A stretch of 64,000 bases of DNA from the human T2T-CHM13v2.0 reference genome, Homo sapiens, in the NCBI RefSeq assembly GCF_009914755.1, contig NC_060927.1, one strand, 5' to 3'. Positions 1 to 14,950 of this stretch are shown piece after piece. The position numbers and the translations under genes were made by a program. The stretch's first letter is position 1. Each line of letters opens with the position of its first letter. The notes under the pieces are model-generated. The model saw nothing but the letters and a program-made list of their open reading frames with translations, was not told the DNA's origin and did not search any database.

Positions 1-103
1 CTCCCTGACGGGGCAGCTGGCCGGGCGGGGGCTGACTCCCCGCCTCCCTCCCGGACGGGGCGGCTGGCCGGGCAGGGGCTGACTCCCCGCCTCCCTCCCG
101 GAC
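1..103 (-). mobile_element. SVA retrotransposon VNTR, 5'-truncated; the rest of the element should lie left of the window
   Basis: About 2.2 copies of a 47-bp GC-rich unit (ctcccggacggggcggctggccgggc...gctgactccccgcctcc), the reverse complement of the SVA VNTR. Abrupt switch to AT-rich DNA at ~104. Confidence 0.85.
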
Positions 104-804
104 GTGTGAAGGTTTTTAAATAGCCTTAATTGTATAACTATGTAGGAACTTGCCTGTATCCTTATATTCTCATCAACTTGCATATTTTCAAAACTTTTTA
201 TTTATGCCAATATGATAAGCAACTCTTTTGCTTGTTTCTTAATTTCATATTTATTTAATTATGGCAGCTAAGAATCCTTTTGCATATTCATATGCCATTT
301 TTCTCTTCTATTTTGGCTAAAGGAGAGCCAAGTTATTTTTTATTTGTTTGTTTGTTTGTTTTGGCAGGGGTCGGCTCTCAAGGAGGTGAAAATGTGGGTT
401 TGATTTAGGTTATGCTGAGTTGCAATACCTCTAAGATACCTGGTGGAAAAGTAGAAGAACCACGGGAATACAGCAGAGAGGCAAGCTGTTTTGATAGGGT
501 GTTTCCATTTGGATGAATCTTAGTTCCACATTGAGGGTCTAAGCTCAACAGACCCCTTCATGGTTTTGATTCATAATGTTTCACTCAGAGAGCTCAACTT
601 GGATCCAGAGATTGGCACAGATTTAAGAAATTGCTGAATGATTTTCCTGCTGGGAGGAAGGGCCATTGGTTTAAACAGAAATACATACTCATTTTAACCA
701 TTAATTTCTGGCTCTAACTTTTTTCTTTTAATTTAAAAATAATATCAAACTTTCAGAAAAGTTGCAAAAACAGTACAAAGCATACCATTTTTATCAATCA
801 CCTA

Positions 805-1640
<836 letters not shown>

Positions 1641-1649
1641 AACAACTGA

Positions 1650-3620
1650 CCAAGTGTTAACATTTGCCACATTTGCTTTATCATTCTTCATCTGGACTCA
1701 TTGAGAGTAGGTTGCATACATTATGCTCCTTTGCTTCTAGATACTTCCTTATATACATTCTAAAAATAATTCTTTTTTAATTTTATGTTCTTAATTGATA
1801 AATAACAATTGTACTTATTCATGGGGTACATAGTGGTGTTTTGGTACATATAATGTATAGTGATCAGATTGAGGTAATTAGCATTTGCACCATCTGAAAT
1901 GTTTGTCATTTCTTAAAACAAAGACTTCTCTTACATATCCACAATATAGCAGGAATTTAACACTGATAACCACTGTTATCTAATCTATAGTGCATATTCC
2001 AATTTTACCAATCATCCAAATAATATCATTTATAGCAAATTTTTTTCTAGGCCAGGATCAAATCCAGCATCATGTATTGCATTTGATTGTCCAGTCTTTT
2101 TAGTATCCTTTAATCTGGAACAATTCCTCCTTCTTTTTCTTCTACAACCTTGATATTCTGAACAGTACAGTCAGGCCAATTGTTTTACAGAATGTCCCTC
2201 AATTTGGGCTTGTCGATACATCCACATTATTAGATTTAGATTATATACTTTTGGCCAGAATACCGCAGAAGTGGTGTATTCTTGTCAGTGCATCGTACTA
2301 GAAAGCACATGATGCAGATGTGCTCCATGATGGTGATACTTTGATTCCTATGTTAAAGTGGTGCCTACCAAGTTTCTAGTTTTCCTTTTCAAATTAATGA
2401 TTATGTTTGTGGAGAGCTTTGTTGGGACTGCAAATATCTTGATCCTCATCAAACTTTCACCCACATGTTTTAGCATTTCTTGATAATTATGGCCTGTATC
2501 TATTACTAGACTGGTAGCAAACTGGTGATTTCCTAATAGTGTTATTTGTTCTGCATTTATTAGTTGGCATTCTATAGTAAGGAAGAGCTGTTCTTTATGT
2601 ATGTATGTATGCATTTGTACAAACATGAATTCTTACTATATTTAGTTGCTTATAATCTATTACTGCTTTATATTTGGATGCTTAATGCCTTCAGGTGTGT
2701 CTTGCGTACTTTTGATATGTTCCCATTATTTCTTACTCTCTGTTATAGCATCATGTTCCAGACTTATCTTACACTTTTCCTGCCCTAGTCCTTGAATCAA
2801 CCATTTCTTCAAGAATTCCTGGTTCTCTTGAGCAGAAGAAAATGTTTTTCAGAAACCAAGAATTGAGTGTTAGAGCATGCTCATTGCCACTAGAATGTCA
2901 GCACTTTGGGCCTTTGTCTGGACAAAGCCAGAAATACTAATCATCTCTAATTCCAAGACCCCTCTGGAAGGTCATGCTTGCCTTGCTGGTTTTGTAGTTA
3001 TATCTCCTTACTTCCACAGTAAGAACTCTGGTTACCAACAACATTAGCCTATTTGCTTATTTGTTCAGACCTGGAAATCATAGAAAATAGTTTCAGAATT
3101 CTTACACTTCTACAGGAAACCAGATCTATTAAGTTGAATATAAGATTTATTTATTTATCTATGCACTTCTTTTTGTTGATAAACTGAAGGTTTATAGTCA
3201 AAATATTGTGCTGAAAAATTACTTAAATTCATTTTTTTTTCCTCTTCACTGCGGATATTCTTTTGAGATACAGTTGGGCTCATTTATCTGTTTGTATTCC
3301 GTTTTAGTCTTCCCCCAGTTACTTTAGATTAGTTTGAATATGCAAAACGCTAGCACACTTCCAATATCCAAAACTATGCAAAAGATTAAACTCAGTGAAA
3401 TGTTATTCCTTCTCCCCATCCTTTTCTCTTCCTTCCTGCCCACCTGTCTAAGCAACAGACTTCAGTGGTTTCTAGTTTTCATTCCTGTGTTGCATTTTTA
3501 AACAATGAACAGATACGTGTGTATTTTCTTATTTACTCTTTTTCTTACATGAAAGGTAGCATATTCTTTTGTACTTTGCTTTTTTCTCTTGACAGTATAT
3601 CATGGAACTCCCCCATATAA
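1650..3620 (-). mobile_element. Old L1 3' fragments (L1MC-like) with a nested L1MA-like 3' end at ~1775-1915
   Basis: T-rich antisense L1 3'UTR motifs, e.g. ccaggatcaaatccagcatcatgtattgcatttga and aattgtacttattcatggggtacatag. Confidence 0.6.
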
Positions 3621-3634
3621 GTTCATAAAGGTCT

Positions 3635-4318
<684 letters not shown>

Positions 4319-4577
4319 TCTTAGCATTTTGGTGGTGTCTCATAATGTATAATACAAAATAATGCTGCAATAAATAACCTCGTGCAGATGTATTTTCATA
4401 TTATTTGAGGTATATCTTCAGGGTAAATTCTAAAAGAAGGATTATCTGGATCAAAGGGTAAATGCTTATGAAATTTTGTTAGATGTCAATTTCTCCTCAT
4501 GTGGTAGTACTACTCTGCATTCCCACCAGCAGCAATGTATGAAACTAATGGTCCTAACTTTTCAACTCTCATTCTTA

Positions 4578-4897
<320 letters not shown>

Positions 4898-4920
4898 AAA
4901 TAATTTTGACAAGTTTTCTT

Positions 4921-5087
4921 TTTCTTTTTTATGTTTTGTAGAGACAGAGTCTTGCTCTGTCACCCAGGCTGGAGTACGGTGGTACAATCATAGCTCACTG
5001 TAGCCTCAAACTCCTGGGCTCAAGTGAGCCTCCTGCCTCAGCCTCCTACAGCACTGGGATTGCAGGTGTGAGCCACTGTGCCTGGCC
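4921..5087 (-). mobile_element. Alu monomer (FRAM/FLAM-like)
   Basis: Single antisense Alu arm flanked by TSD ACAAGTTTTCTT (4909-4920 and 5089-5100). Confidence 0.8.
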
Positions 5088-5099
5088 AACAAGTTTTCT

Positions 5100-5332
5100 T
5101 TTTTTTTTTCCTTTTTTTCTTTCGAGACAGGATTTCTCCCTGTTGCCCAGGCTGGAGTGCAGTGGTGCACGAGCACAGCTTACTTCAGCCTCAACTTCCC
5201 AGGCTTAGGTGATTCTCCCACCCCAGCCTCCTGAGTAGTCGAGACTACATATGCACACCACCACACCTAATTTTTCTTTTATTGTTTTTTAGAATTTTAG
5301 TAGAGATGAGGTTTCGCCGTATTACCCAGGCA
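5100..5332 (-). mobile_element. Partial Alu (AluJ-like)
   Basis: Antisense right arm plus the start of the left arm, diverged. Confidence 0.8.
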
Positions 5333-5789
5333 ATCACGTTTTCTTTATAGCCAAATTCTGTTTGTATATAGGCAGGAAAACCTATTCACTTGGGATTCAA
5401 CAGAACTGAGAAAAGGAGCTAATTCAGGGACTAGGAAACTCATTCATTCATGGAGGACCTTTATGTCAAGTCAAGAAGTCTGTATTTTATTCAATGGGAA
5501 GTCAGTCAAGGACTGTGCTGAAAAATTACTTAAGTTCATTCTTTTTTTCCCCTTCACTGCAGATATTCTTTTGAGATACAGTTGGCTTCATTTATCTGTT
5601 TGTATTTTGTTTAAGTCTTCCCCCAATTACAAGGCAGTACTATGGCTAGATTATGTATTAGCAAGATTATGATAATGATTAGGAATCATTTTGACTGCAA
5701 ACAATGGACTACTGTCAATGGCTCAAGTAGAGAAAAGTGTGTAATTATCTATTTTATAACAAGAAGCTACAGTAACGAAAATACTTCTT

Positions 5790-6255
5790 CAATGGCCTCC
5801 TAATTTTGCTCCTGTCCTCGTCCCCCTATTTTCAATATCCCAGTGGAGGGAATAGTCATACTGGTCTCTTTGCTGCTCTTGAACACAATATGCAATTCCC
5901 TATTTAGGGCCTTTGCACTAGGTGCCTGGGAATTTCTTCCCTCGGCTACATGCATGGCTCACTCGCTTACCTCCTTGGGACTTTGCTCCAATCTCACCAT
6001 TTCCATGAAGCCCCAGTACTTGCAATCACCTTCCCTTTTTTCTGTCCTTTTTTTTCCTATATATTCATCACCCTCTAATATATTATATATTTTCTATGTG
6101 TGCTGTTTATTGTCTGACTTCCACCTCTCCACCCCTAACCCCCATCTAAAAACCACAAGGTTAAAAGTCATTGCTGTTCTTTGATATATCTTTAATGCCA
6201 GAAACAGTGCTTGGCACACAGTAGTGCTTAATAAATGTTTGTTGAACATATGAAT
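5790..6255 (+). mobile_element. L2 3' end
   Basis: agggcctttgcact...cagtgcttggcacacagtagtgcttaataaatgtttgttgaa is a typical L2 terminus. Confidence 0.7.
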
Positions 6256-6834
6256 GTAGTCATGGGGTCGTGGTTCCCAGTTGGTTTAGTGACTCAACAA
6301 CATTAGAACACTGGGCTGGCATCTCTATGATTCTCTTAATATTGTCTTCATGATTGAGAGGTGTCTACAGCTTCAAGCATCATTTTCTTACATGGTAATG
6401 TCTGAAGCTAGAAGGAAGAAACAAAAATAAGTGGAATTTTCTCCTCTGCTCAAGATGGACCTTCTATCAAGGGAGAAAAATCTTCCCCAGAGAGTCCCAG
6501 TAGACTTCCCCTTAAGTTTCATTAACCAGAATTAGTTCTCTTGCCTACTCCTAAATGAATCACTGGTAAAATAAAATGTGGTTGCCAGGAAGGACTGAAA
6601 CCTATCAGGATTCATCTCCTCAGGCTGAATATATTGCTACTGGACCAAATTTAAAATTATTTTTCTGTTGATGTAAAAGGGATGGGGAAGGTTTTCGGCA
6701 TGCAATCAATAGTGATTGCCACATCACCATGGGTGTTATTTTGAGAACATGGTGGGGAAAGGAGTGAGGCGAGGGAGAGGAGACTCAACTGCCAAAGTCC
6801 AGGGGAGAAATAATAAAAGCCAGAAATCAGATAC

Positions 6835-6867
6835 AAGTTGATTTCATGTTGCCCATGAAATCAACTT
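6835..6867. repeat. Perfect inverted repeat, 14-bp arms with a 5-nt loop
   Basis: AAGTTGATTTCATG-ttgcc-CATGAAATCAACTT. Confidence 0.95.
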
Positions 6868-8666
6868 TTCACAGGTCACTTTGGCTCTAGGAGAAAGGAA
6901 ATGAGCCTGTCTATAATGCTGCTCAGAGAATTTTTCCAGATTTACTTCTAATCAATGATTTTGGCCAATGGCATGCTTTTCTTTAATTGGCAATTACATA
7001 TTTCTTTTAACTCTACAGGAAGCTCAGATCCTTTTAATAGATGGCATTGTAATTGCAGTTTTCCTCATAAATCACTTTATTTTTGGGGAGAATGAGCAAC
7101 TATGTCAAGACATAAGATAATTCAATGAAAAAGATAAAATGCTTGACTACCACACAGGTAATAGCTAACGAGTCTCAAGTGGCAGTAGATTGGGCGGTGT
7201 GGAGTGGGTAACTTTCAGTCGTGTGGTGGAATATATTCCTGGTTATTAATTCCCCAGGAGCTTGAGGCCAGCCGTCCTCACTGATGGCTTGAACTGGTTT
7301 CCTCTCAATAGGGCTCATGCTTTTCATTCTAGTCGTGGGGTGTAACAGCAGCAATCAGGACTTTAGAGTCAGTTAGACCTGTATTTAAATTCCAGCTCTG
7401 TTATTTACTGCTGTGTGATGCTGAGCTGTTAAATGAGGGTAAGAAATCCTCTCCCCAAAAGATATTATGCGCCTTGGCTGAAATAATGAATGATGAAAGC
7501 CAGGCTAACGGGCACCCTGTAAACATGAGTTCCTTTCTCTCTCTCTGTGGCTTCCATGGCTTTAATTTTGTGCCCTGGCAAAGCCCTATTTGTCTGTCTT
7601 CTCAGCCCCAAAGTGGTCTCAGCCTAATACATCATCAACCAGCTATGAGGATTAGACCACCAGAGGAATGAGAGCCAAAAGGAATAATAATTTTTCCAAC
7701 TCTATACCCAGTATTTCTTTCAAGATCCTAGGAGCACTGACCCACCTGCTTCCCTCTTTGTAAAGAAAAAATAAATAAATGTTTTTGAACAGCCACCCAG
7801 TGTCCTGACTCTGTATTGGATTTTTTTAGGTGATTCAAAGAAGTATATGATATGGCCCCTGCTTTCAAGGAGCTTAAAATGCTCTGAAGGAACCTAAATA
7901 AGCACAATGCAAAGTAGACAAAACTGGGTTTAAATCCAACCTCTGCCACTTACTAGCTCTGTGGCCTCCTACATCATTAGGCTGTCATGAGGTTTAAAAT
8001 TGCACTACATGTAAGGGACCTGGTGCAGAGTAGGCATTTGAAAAAAATCTGAATTCCATCATCCTCAAACCATATATTAGTTAAATAATAAAGCAGAAGA
8101 TCTATTACAAGATAGCTTATAATTCATTACCAAGTGAAACGCCCTGAAATAAAGGCTCTTGGGGTCCAGTGAAGGCCAGGGCCATTCAGACTGAGGTAGG
8201 TGTGGCAAATTCCTGGAAAAAGAAGAAAAGTGACTGGCATTTCAGGATGGGCTCATTTTCTCAGATGAATCATGAGAGCCTTGGCCTTAAGCTCTTGCTC
8301 TGCACTATTGGTAAGAAATAAAGACTTGAGTACCCAACTGGTACACTGAAGACTGAGAAAGTAATTCAGGTATCCTCTCCGTGCTTAGACCACTGATACT
8401 GTTCGCCCTCAAACTGTGTTTTTACCATCCACCTGCCTCAATGGCCTTCTAGCCTATTATGAATGAAGCATCCCACCTCCTGCAGTATGAGTAACCAGAG
8501 TTCACCGGGCAATCAAAAACCAAGTGGAGGACAGAGATATGCCTGGGATAAAGGAGATGTGAATGGACAGAGATGCGTTCACCTCGAGACTCCTGAGAAA
8601 GTATTGCTTTTAACAAAAATATACAGGGAAATTTACCTGCAGAAGAGGCTTTTAGTAACAATGATC

Positions 8667-8968
<302 letters not shown>

Positions 8969-8972
8969 TAGC

Positions 8973-9284
8973 TGTGGTAAATTATATTGTTGTTCCCAAT
9001 TATCAGGTCTCTCTTCTGTAAGAAATATTAAGTGCCTAATGTAAGTTTATTTGGCATCATCCTCTTGTCTCTACCATGAGAACAGCACATCTCAGATGAT
9101 TCTACTATCAGCCTGGGTCTCAGAATGAGAAAGCTTGGTGCTCAAGGTGAGCCAAGCAGAGCTGAGCCACGACAGACAGAGTTAAGCAGACCAATAGACT
9201 GGCAGATCCAGGAGCTAGAAATGTTATTGCAAGCCACTGAGACGTGGAGGTTGTTTGTTGCCACAGCAAAAGCTGACTAATACA
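8973..9284 (+). mobile_element. MaLR LTR (MLT1J-like)
   Basis: Starts tgtggta and ends aagccactgagacgtggaggttgtttgttgccacagcaaaagctgactaataca. Confidence 0.7.
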
Positions 9285-9439
9285 ACAACACTAATTAAAC
9301 ACTTGCTCTGTGCTGGCATTGTCCTAAGCACTTAACATGTGTCCTCTCATTAATCCTCGCATTAATCATGTAATGTAGTGTTTCAGCCAGGGCTCTCCAG
9401 TGTAAATACCAGAAAACTACTCTGGCTGTGTGCAAAAAG

Positions 9440-12400
9440 ACTTCTGTTTCCAGCCACATAGAACAACGAAATCCGGATGTGCTTTCCCATCTGAAAGAAC
9501 TAAAAAGGCAGAAAAAAACATATGAAACAATGGTTCTCAAGATATTAGACAATAGGCAATATAGGAGACTGATTTCTGAGAGATGAGAAACAAACATAAT
9601 GAACACTGCAATTGACCCAGCTTACTACCTGGATAGAGTTTCCAGGCCATGGTGCAAAACAGAAGAGGCCAGACAGAGCTTGGCAGTCTCCTTGATTTGG
9701 GAATATGGAGCTGAGAGAAGGGAGGCCAAGGGGACTAAGATTTGTGGGGCAGAATTCTAGAAAGGAAAAAGCTATATAGAGAGGAACATTGAGATTTACA
9801 TAGAGTTCCCCCTTGAGGATTCAGCTGAGTACAGATCAGCACATGCATGAGAGGAAACTATTCAAGACCTGGAAAAAAACAACCAAAAAGAGGGAACAAT
9901 TAGTAGAGCTCACACAGGACTCAGAATAGTGCCTAGTCTTACCAGGCAGAGTGGACTTTGGGTGGAATACTCAGAAGGAATTTTTTTTTTTTTTTTTTTT
10001 GAGACAGAGTCTCATTCTGTTGCCCAGGCTGGAGTGCAGTGGCACGATTCTGGCTCGATCACTGCAGCCTCCACCTCCCAGGCTCAGTTAATCCTCCCAC
10101 CTCAGCCACCCAAGTAACTGGAGCGACAGGCACACCATGCTTGGCTAAGTTTTTAATTTTTTGTGGAGATGGGGGTCTCACTATGTTGCCAGAATTGGTC
10201 TGGAACTCCTGGGCTCAAGCGATCCTTCCACCTCGACTTCCCACAGTGCTGAGATTAAAGGTGAGAGCCACTGAGTTCAGTCCCTCAGAGGGATCTTGCT
10301 CCATAGTGGGAAAAAACTAGCAGCCATACAAAGAAGCAGGTATATACAATCCTAAATTTGGAGAAAAATCCATCACTTGAAACTGACCTAAAAATGACAC
10401 GGATAATAGAATTAGTAGACAAAGACATTTTAAAAAGTATTATGACTCTATTTTATGTGTTCAAGAAGCTAGAGGAAAAACTAACCATGTTAAGTTAAAG
10501 GTATAGATGATATAATAAAGTCCCAAGTTGAATTTTTAGAGATACAACTACAAGGTCTGAGATAAAAAATATGCTGAAAGAGATTAATAGCAGATTCGAC
10601 ATTGCGGAAAGGAGTGGTGAACTTGAAGACGTAAAAATAGAAGCTACTGAAAATTAAGCACACAGAGAAAAAGGATGAAAAAATGTTTAGAATAACAGGA
10701 CAACTTTAGGCAGCCTATGTATGTGTAATGGAGTCTTTGAAGAAAATGAAGGGGGAAGAAAAGTATTTGAAAAAATAATCGCTAAAAATTTTCCCAATGT
10801 GATAAAAACTGTAAACCAACAGATCCAAAAGCTAAACGAAACCCAAGTACAAGAAACATAAGGAAGACTACAAGGAGACACATCGTAATTCCCTTTACTA
10901 AAACCACTGATGAAGAAAAAATGTTAAAAGTAGCCTGGAGGAAGGGAAGACATATTACAAAAAAACAAAGATGAGAATGGCCTTCGATTGTTCGTCAGAA
11001 ACAATGTAAGCTAAAGGACAACGAAGCAACATCTTTAAAGTGCTGAAAGAAGAAAGAAAATTAATCAGTCCAAAATTCTTTACTAAGGGAAAATATCACT
11101 CAAAAATCAAGGCAAAATAAGACCTTTCCATACATGCAAAAGCTGAAAGAATTTATTACAATCAGACCTGCACAATAAGAAATGCTAAAAGGAAATCCTC
11201 TAGGCAGAAGGCAAATTATACCAGATGGCAATATGAATCTATACACTGGAATGAAAAGTATTTGAAATGGCAACTATGTGGGTAAACACAACAACTTTAA
11301 AATATTTAAATCTCTTTAAAAGATAACAATTTGGGGCAAAAATAACAGTATATTAAGGGGTTTATAACATATGTAGGAGTAAAATGTATGACAACTATAC
11401 ATAAAAGTCAAGGGTAAAAATGGAAATAAAATTTTTGTAAAGTTCTTATACTATACATGAAATGGTATATTACTTGAAGGTAGACAATGACAAGTTAATA
11501 TGTATCCTGTTAATATAACCTCTAAAGCAACCACCAAAATAACACAGTAACTTATAGCCATGAACCAACAAAGGAAATAAAATGGATTTATAAAAAATAA
11601 TCGAAAAGAAGGCAGAAAAAAAGAGAGGAAAAAGCAGCAAAGAACAAATGGAGAAAATACAAAACAAATAGCAAGATGTTAGATTTAAACCCAACCATAT
11701 CAATAATCACATTAAATATAATAGTCTAAATATCGCAATCAAAAGGCAGAGATCACCCAATCAGATAACAAAATCAAATCACAACTATATGCTGTCTATA
11801 AGAAAACCTTTTGAAATATAATGACACATATGTGTTAAAAGCAAAAAGATGGGAAAAGATATATCATGTTAATGCTAATTTTTAAGAGTCTAGCATAGTT
11901 ATATTAATATCAAACAGGGTAGATTTCAAAGTGGTATTAGCAAGCTTAAATAGGGTCATTTCATAAAGGGACATAACAAACCAAAAATGTATGCATGTAA
12001 AACAAAGCTTCAAATACCTGAAACAAAAAATGGATAGAACTACAAGGAGTAGCAGACAATCCATAAGTACATTCATATATTTCAATATCCTTCTCTCAGT
12101 AATGGACAGAACAGGTAGACAGAAAGTCAGTAAGGATATAGAAGACTTGAATAACACAACCAACATGACTTCATTGCCATTTCCAAAGCACTCCTCCCAC
12201 CAATGGCAGAATACACATTCATTCCAGTGCACCTGAAACATTTATAAAGATCATCTGTATTTTGAGCTGAAAATACATTTAAATAAATTTAAAGCTATTC
12301 AAATGATACAAAGAGGGTGCTCGGATCACAATAGAACCAAATTAGCAATCAATTCCAGAATGCTGTCTAAAAATATCCAAATGTTTGCAAAAAATAACAC

Positions 12401-13400
12401 AATTCTAAGTAACTTATGAGTCAAAGAAGATTTTTTTAAAATTACATAGTATTCTGAATTTGAAGAAAATACAAACACAATATAGCAAAATATGTGAGAG
12501 GTATCTGAAACAGTACTTAGAAGGAAATGTATAGCCCTAAATGCCTATACTAGACAAGAAAAATGGTCTTAAATAAATGATCTCAGTTTTCACCTGAAGA
12601 AGATAGAAAAAGAAGAGCAGATGGATCCCATCATAGGCAGCATAAAGGAAATACTAAAGATCAGAGTGAAAAAAATCAATAAAATAGAAACCAGAAAAAT
12701 ACAGAGCAAATAAATAATACCAAAAGCTGTTTCTTTGAGAAGATCGGTAAGTTGCTAATGAGACTGAACAGGCAAAAAAGAGTGAGAATGAGAGCTGGGT
12801 GTTTGGGGCAGATCCAGAGAGAGACACAAATTAACAATATCAGAAATGACAGAGGTGACATCATTATAGATTCTGCAGGTATTTAAAAGATTATAAAGAA
12901 ATAGTATGGACAACTTAATGTCAATATATCCTACAATTAGATGAAATGGACAGATTTCTTGAAAGGTGTTAAATACTACAATTTCCTAAAAAGGAGATTA
13001 CCAGAAGAGCTCTGTATCTATTAAAGAAATTGAATTTCCACTTAAAAACCTCTCCACAAAGAAAACTCCAAGGCCATATTACCTCACTGGTAAATTTATT
13101 CTATGACACACTTAAGGAGTAAATAACTCCAATTCTATACAAATTGTTTCAGAAAATAGAAGAAAAACCAACGCACCTTAACTAATTCCTTAAGGTCAGT
13201 ATTAGTTCGATGCCACAGCCAGACAAAGATGTCACAAGAAAAGTCAAATACAGACCAATATCCCTTATGAACATGGATTCAAATTGAATCCAACAATATA
13301 TTGAAAAGACAAATATATTATGACTAAGTGAGATTTAGCTCAGGAATGCAAAGCTAGTTTCACATTCAAAATTCAATTAATGCAATTTTCTATATGAACA
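9440..13400 (+). mobile_element. Ancient L1 (L1M): 5' region, ORF1 and the first part of ORF2, decayed
   Basis: A-rich sense strand; endonuclease-like remnant (ORF 11991-12236, DRTGRQKVSKDIEDLNNT); YRPISLMN motif at ~13250; many stops and frameshifts. Confidence 0.85.
9981..10282 (-). mobile_element. Alu (AluJ-like) inserted in the L1
   Basis: Poly-T plus antisense Alu; imperfect TSD tcagaagga / tcagaggga. Confidence 0.9.
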
Positions 13401-14131
13401 GACTCAAATCGAAAGGAAATTGGGAAACTCACAGCGTGGACTGGGAAGGATGGAAAGCCAGATCTAGAAAAAAAAAAAAAAAAAAAACAGACAAGAACAA
13501 CAACAACAACAACAAATTCAAGGCAGCAGAACCATGGAGGAAATCTTGCCTCAAACCCAATCTCATGAGGACCACTACTGCCACTCCCAGCACTGATCAC
13601 TGGATATAGAGGTGACCACCAAAGCTAACATTGCCCATGGGGTCTTCTGCCAACCCTGCCTCCAACAGAATAAATTCTCCATCCTTGCTTTTTTGAATGG
13701 CTGGTCCCAGCTTCAAAAACCTAAGAGGGAAGTTTTGATTGGCCAAAATGTCAGGAAGGCTGGAATAGTAAGGAACCAACAAGGGGTCTTTGTTGCTAAC
13801 AATATAATTCACTTTAACTAGTACATTCAGATAGAGACTTAGTTTAAAAGATTGACTAGCTCACGGAATCATTGTGATTGTCAAGACGTAGGTTCTGAAC
13901 TGAGTTTTCAGGAATATACCTGTCATTATGCTGCAGAACTGACGCGGTAAGGGAGCTTCTGCCATAGCCAAGAGTAGGAACCTGCTACTCCTACCACTGA
14001 CCCCAAACAAGAGTTGCTTCTTCCTCACACCAGCCAGAATGGATGCTCTAGGCCTAGAGAGTTTCTTCAAGTAGTTCGCTTCTGAGTCAGATCAGTGTGT
14101 CCGTTTGCAGAATCCAGATGACATCTGCATC

Positions 14132-14765
14132 GGTTACTGGAAAGGAGTCCTGATCCAGACTCCAAAAGAGGGTTCTTGGATCTTGGGCAAGAAAGAATTT
14201 GGGGCAAGTCCATAAAGTATAGTGAAATCAAGTTTATTAGAGAAGTAAAGAAACAAAAGAATGACTACTTCATAGGCAGAGCAGCCCTGAGGGCTGCTGG
14301 TTGACTATTTTTATGGCTATTTCTTGATCATATGCTAAACAAGGAGTGGATTATTCATGAGTTTTTTGGGAAAGGGGTGGGGATTTCCTGGAACTGTGGG
14401 TTCCTCTCCTTCTTAGACCATATAGGGTAACTTCTGGACATTGTCATGGCATTTGTAAACTGTCGTAGCACTTATGGGAGTGACTTTTAGCATGCTAATG
14501 CATTATAATCAGTGTATAATGAGCAGCGAGGATGACCAGAGGTCACTTTCATCACCATCTTAGATTTGGTGGGTTTTGGCCAGCTTCTTTACTGCATCCT
14601 GTTTTATCAACTGGGTCTTTGTGACATGTATCTTGTGTCAACCTCCTATCTCATCCTGTGTCTAAAAATGCCTAACCTCCTGGAAATGCAGCCCCACAGA
14701 TCTCATTCTCATTTTACCCAGCCCCTATCTAAGATGGAGTTGCTCTGGTTCAAATGCCCCTGACA
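14132..14765 (-). mobile_element. MER41B-like ERV1 solo LTR
   Basis: Termini match MER41 (reverse complement tgtcaggggcatttgaaccagagcaactccatc; other end ggttactggaaaggagtcctgatccagac). 634 bp, 4-bp TSD CATC at 14128-14131 and 14766-14769. Confidence 0.85.
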
Positions 14766-14938
14766 CATCCAGTGGCAAGGGAGGCTAGGAAATGAAAGAG
14801 TTTTGTTTATCTGAATTTACCAAAAACAAATTGTGAAGAGGGTTTTCAAAAGATTTTGAGCATCATGTCATGACTGAATGCTGGGCTTTTTGGCCATTAC
14901 TGCGAAGTGACTCTGCTTCCTACCTAGAGTAATACGGT

Positions 14939-14950
14939 GGGGAATTCCCC
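14939..14950. promoter_or_regulatory. Perfect palindromic NF-kB site
   Basis: GGGGAATTCCCC, with a degenerate second copy GGGGAATTCA at 14961-14970. Motif match only; function is not shown. Confidence 0.4.

Noticed and set aside
9440-13400. Possible active reverse transcriptase or endonuclease gene
   Set aside because: Ancient L1 remnant with many stops and frameshifts, broken off at the start of the RT region.
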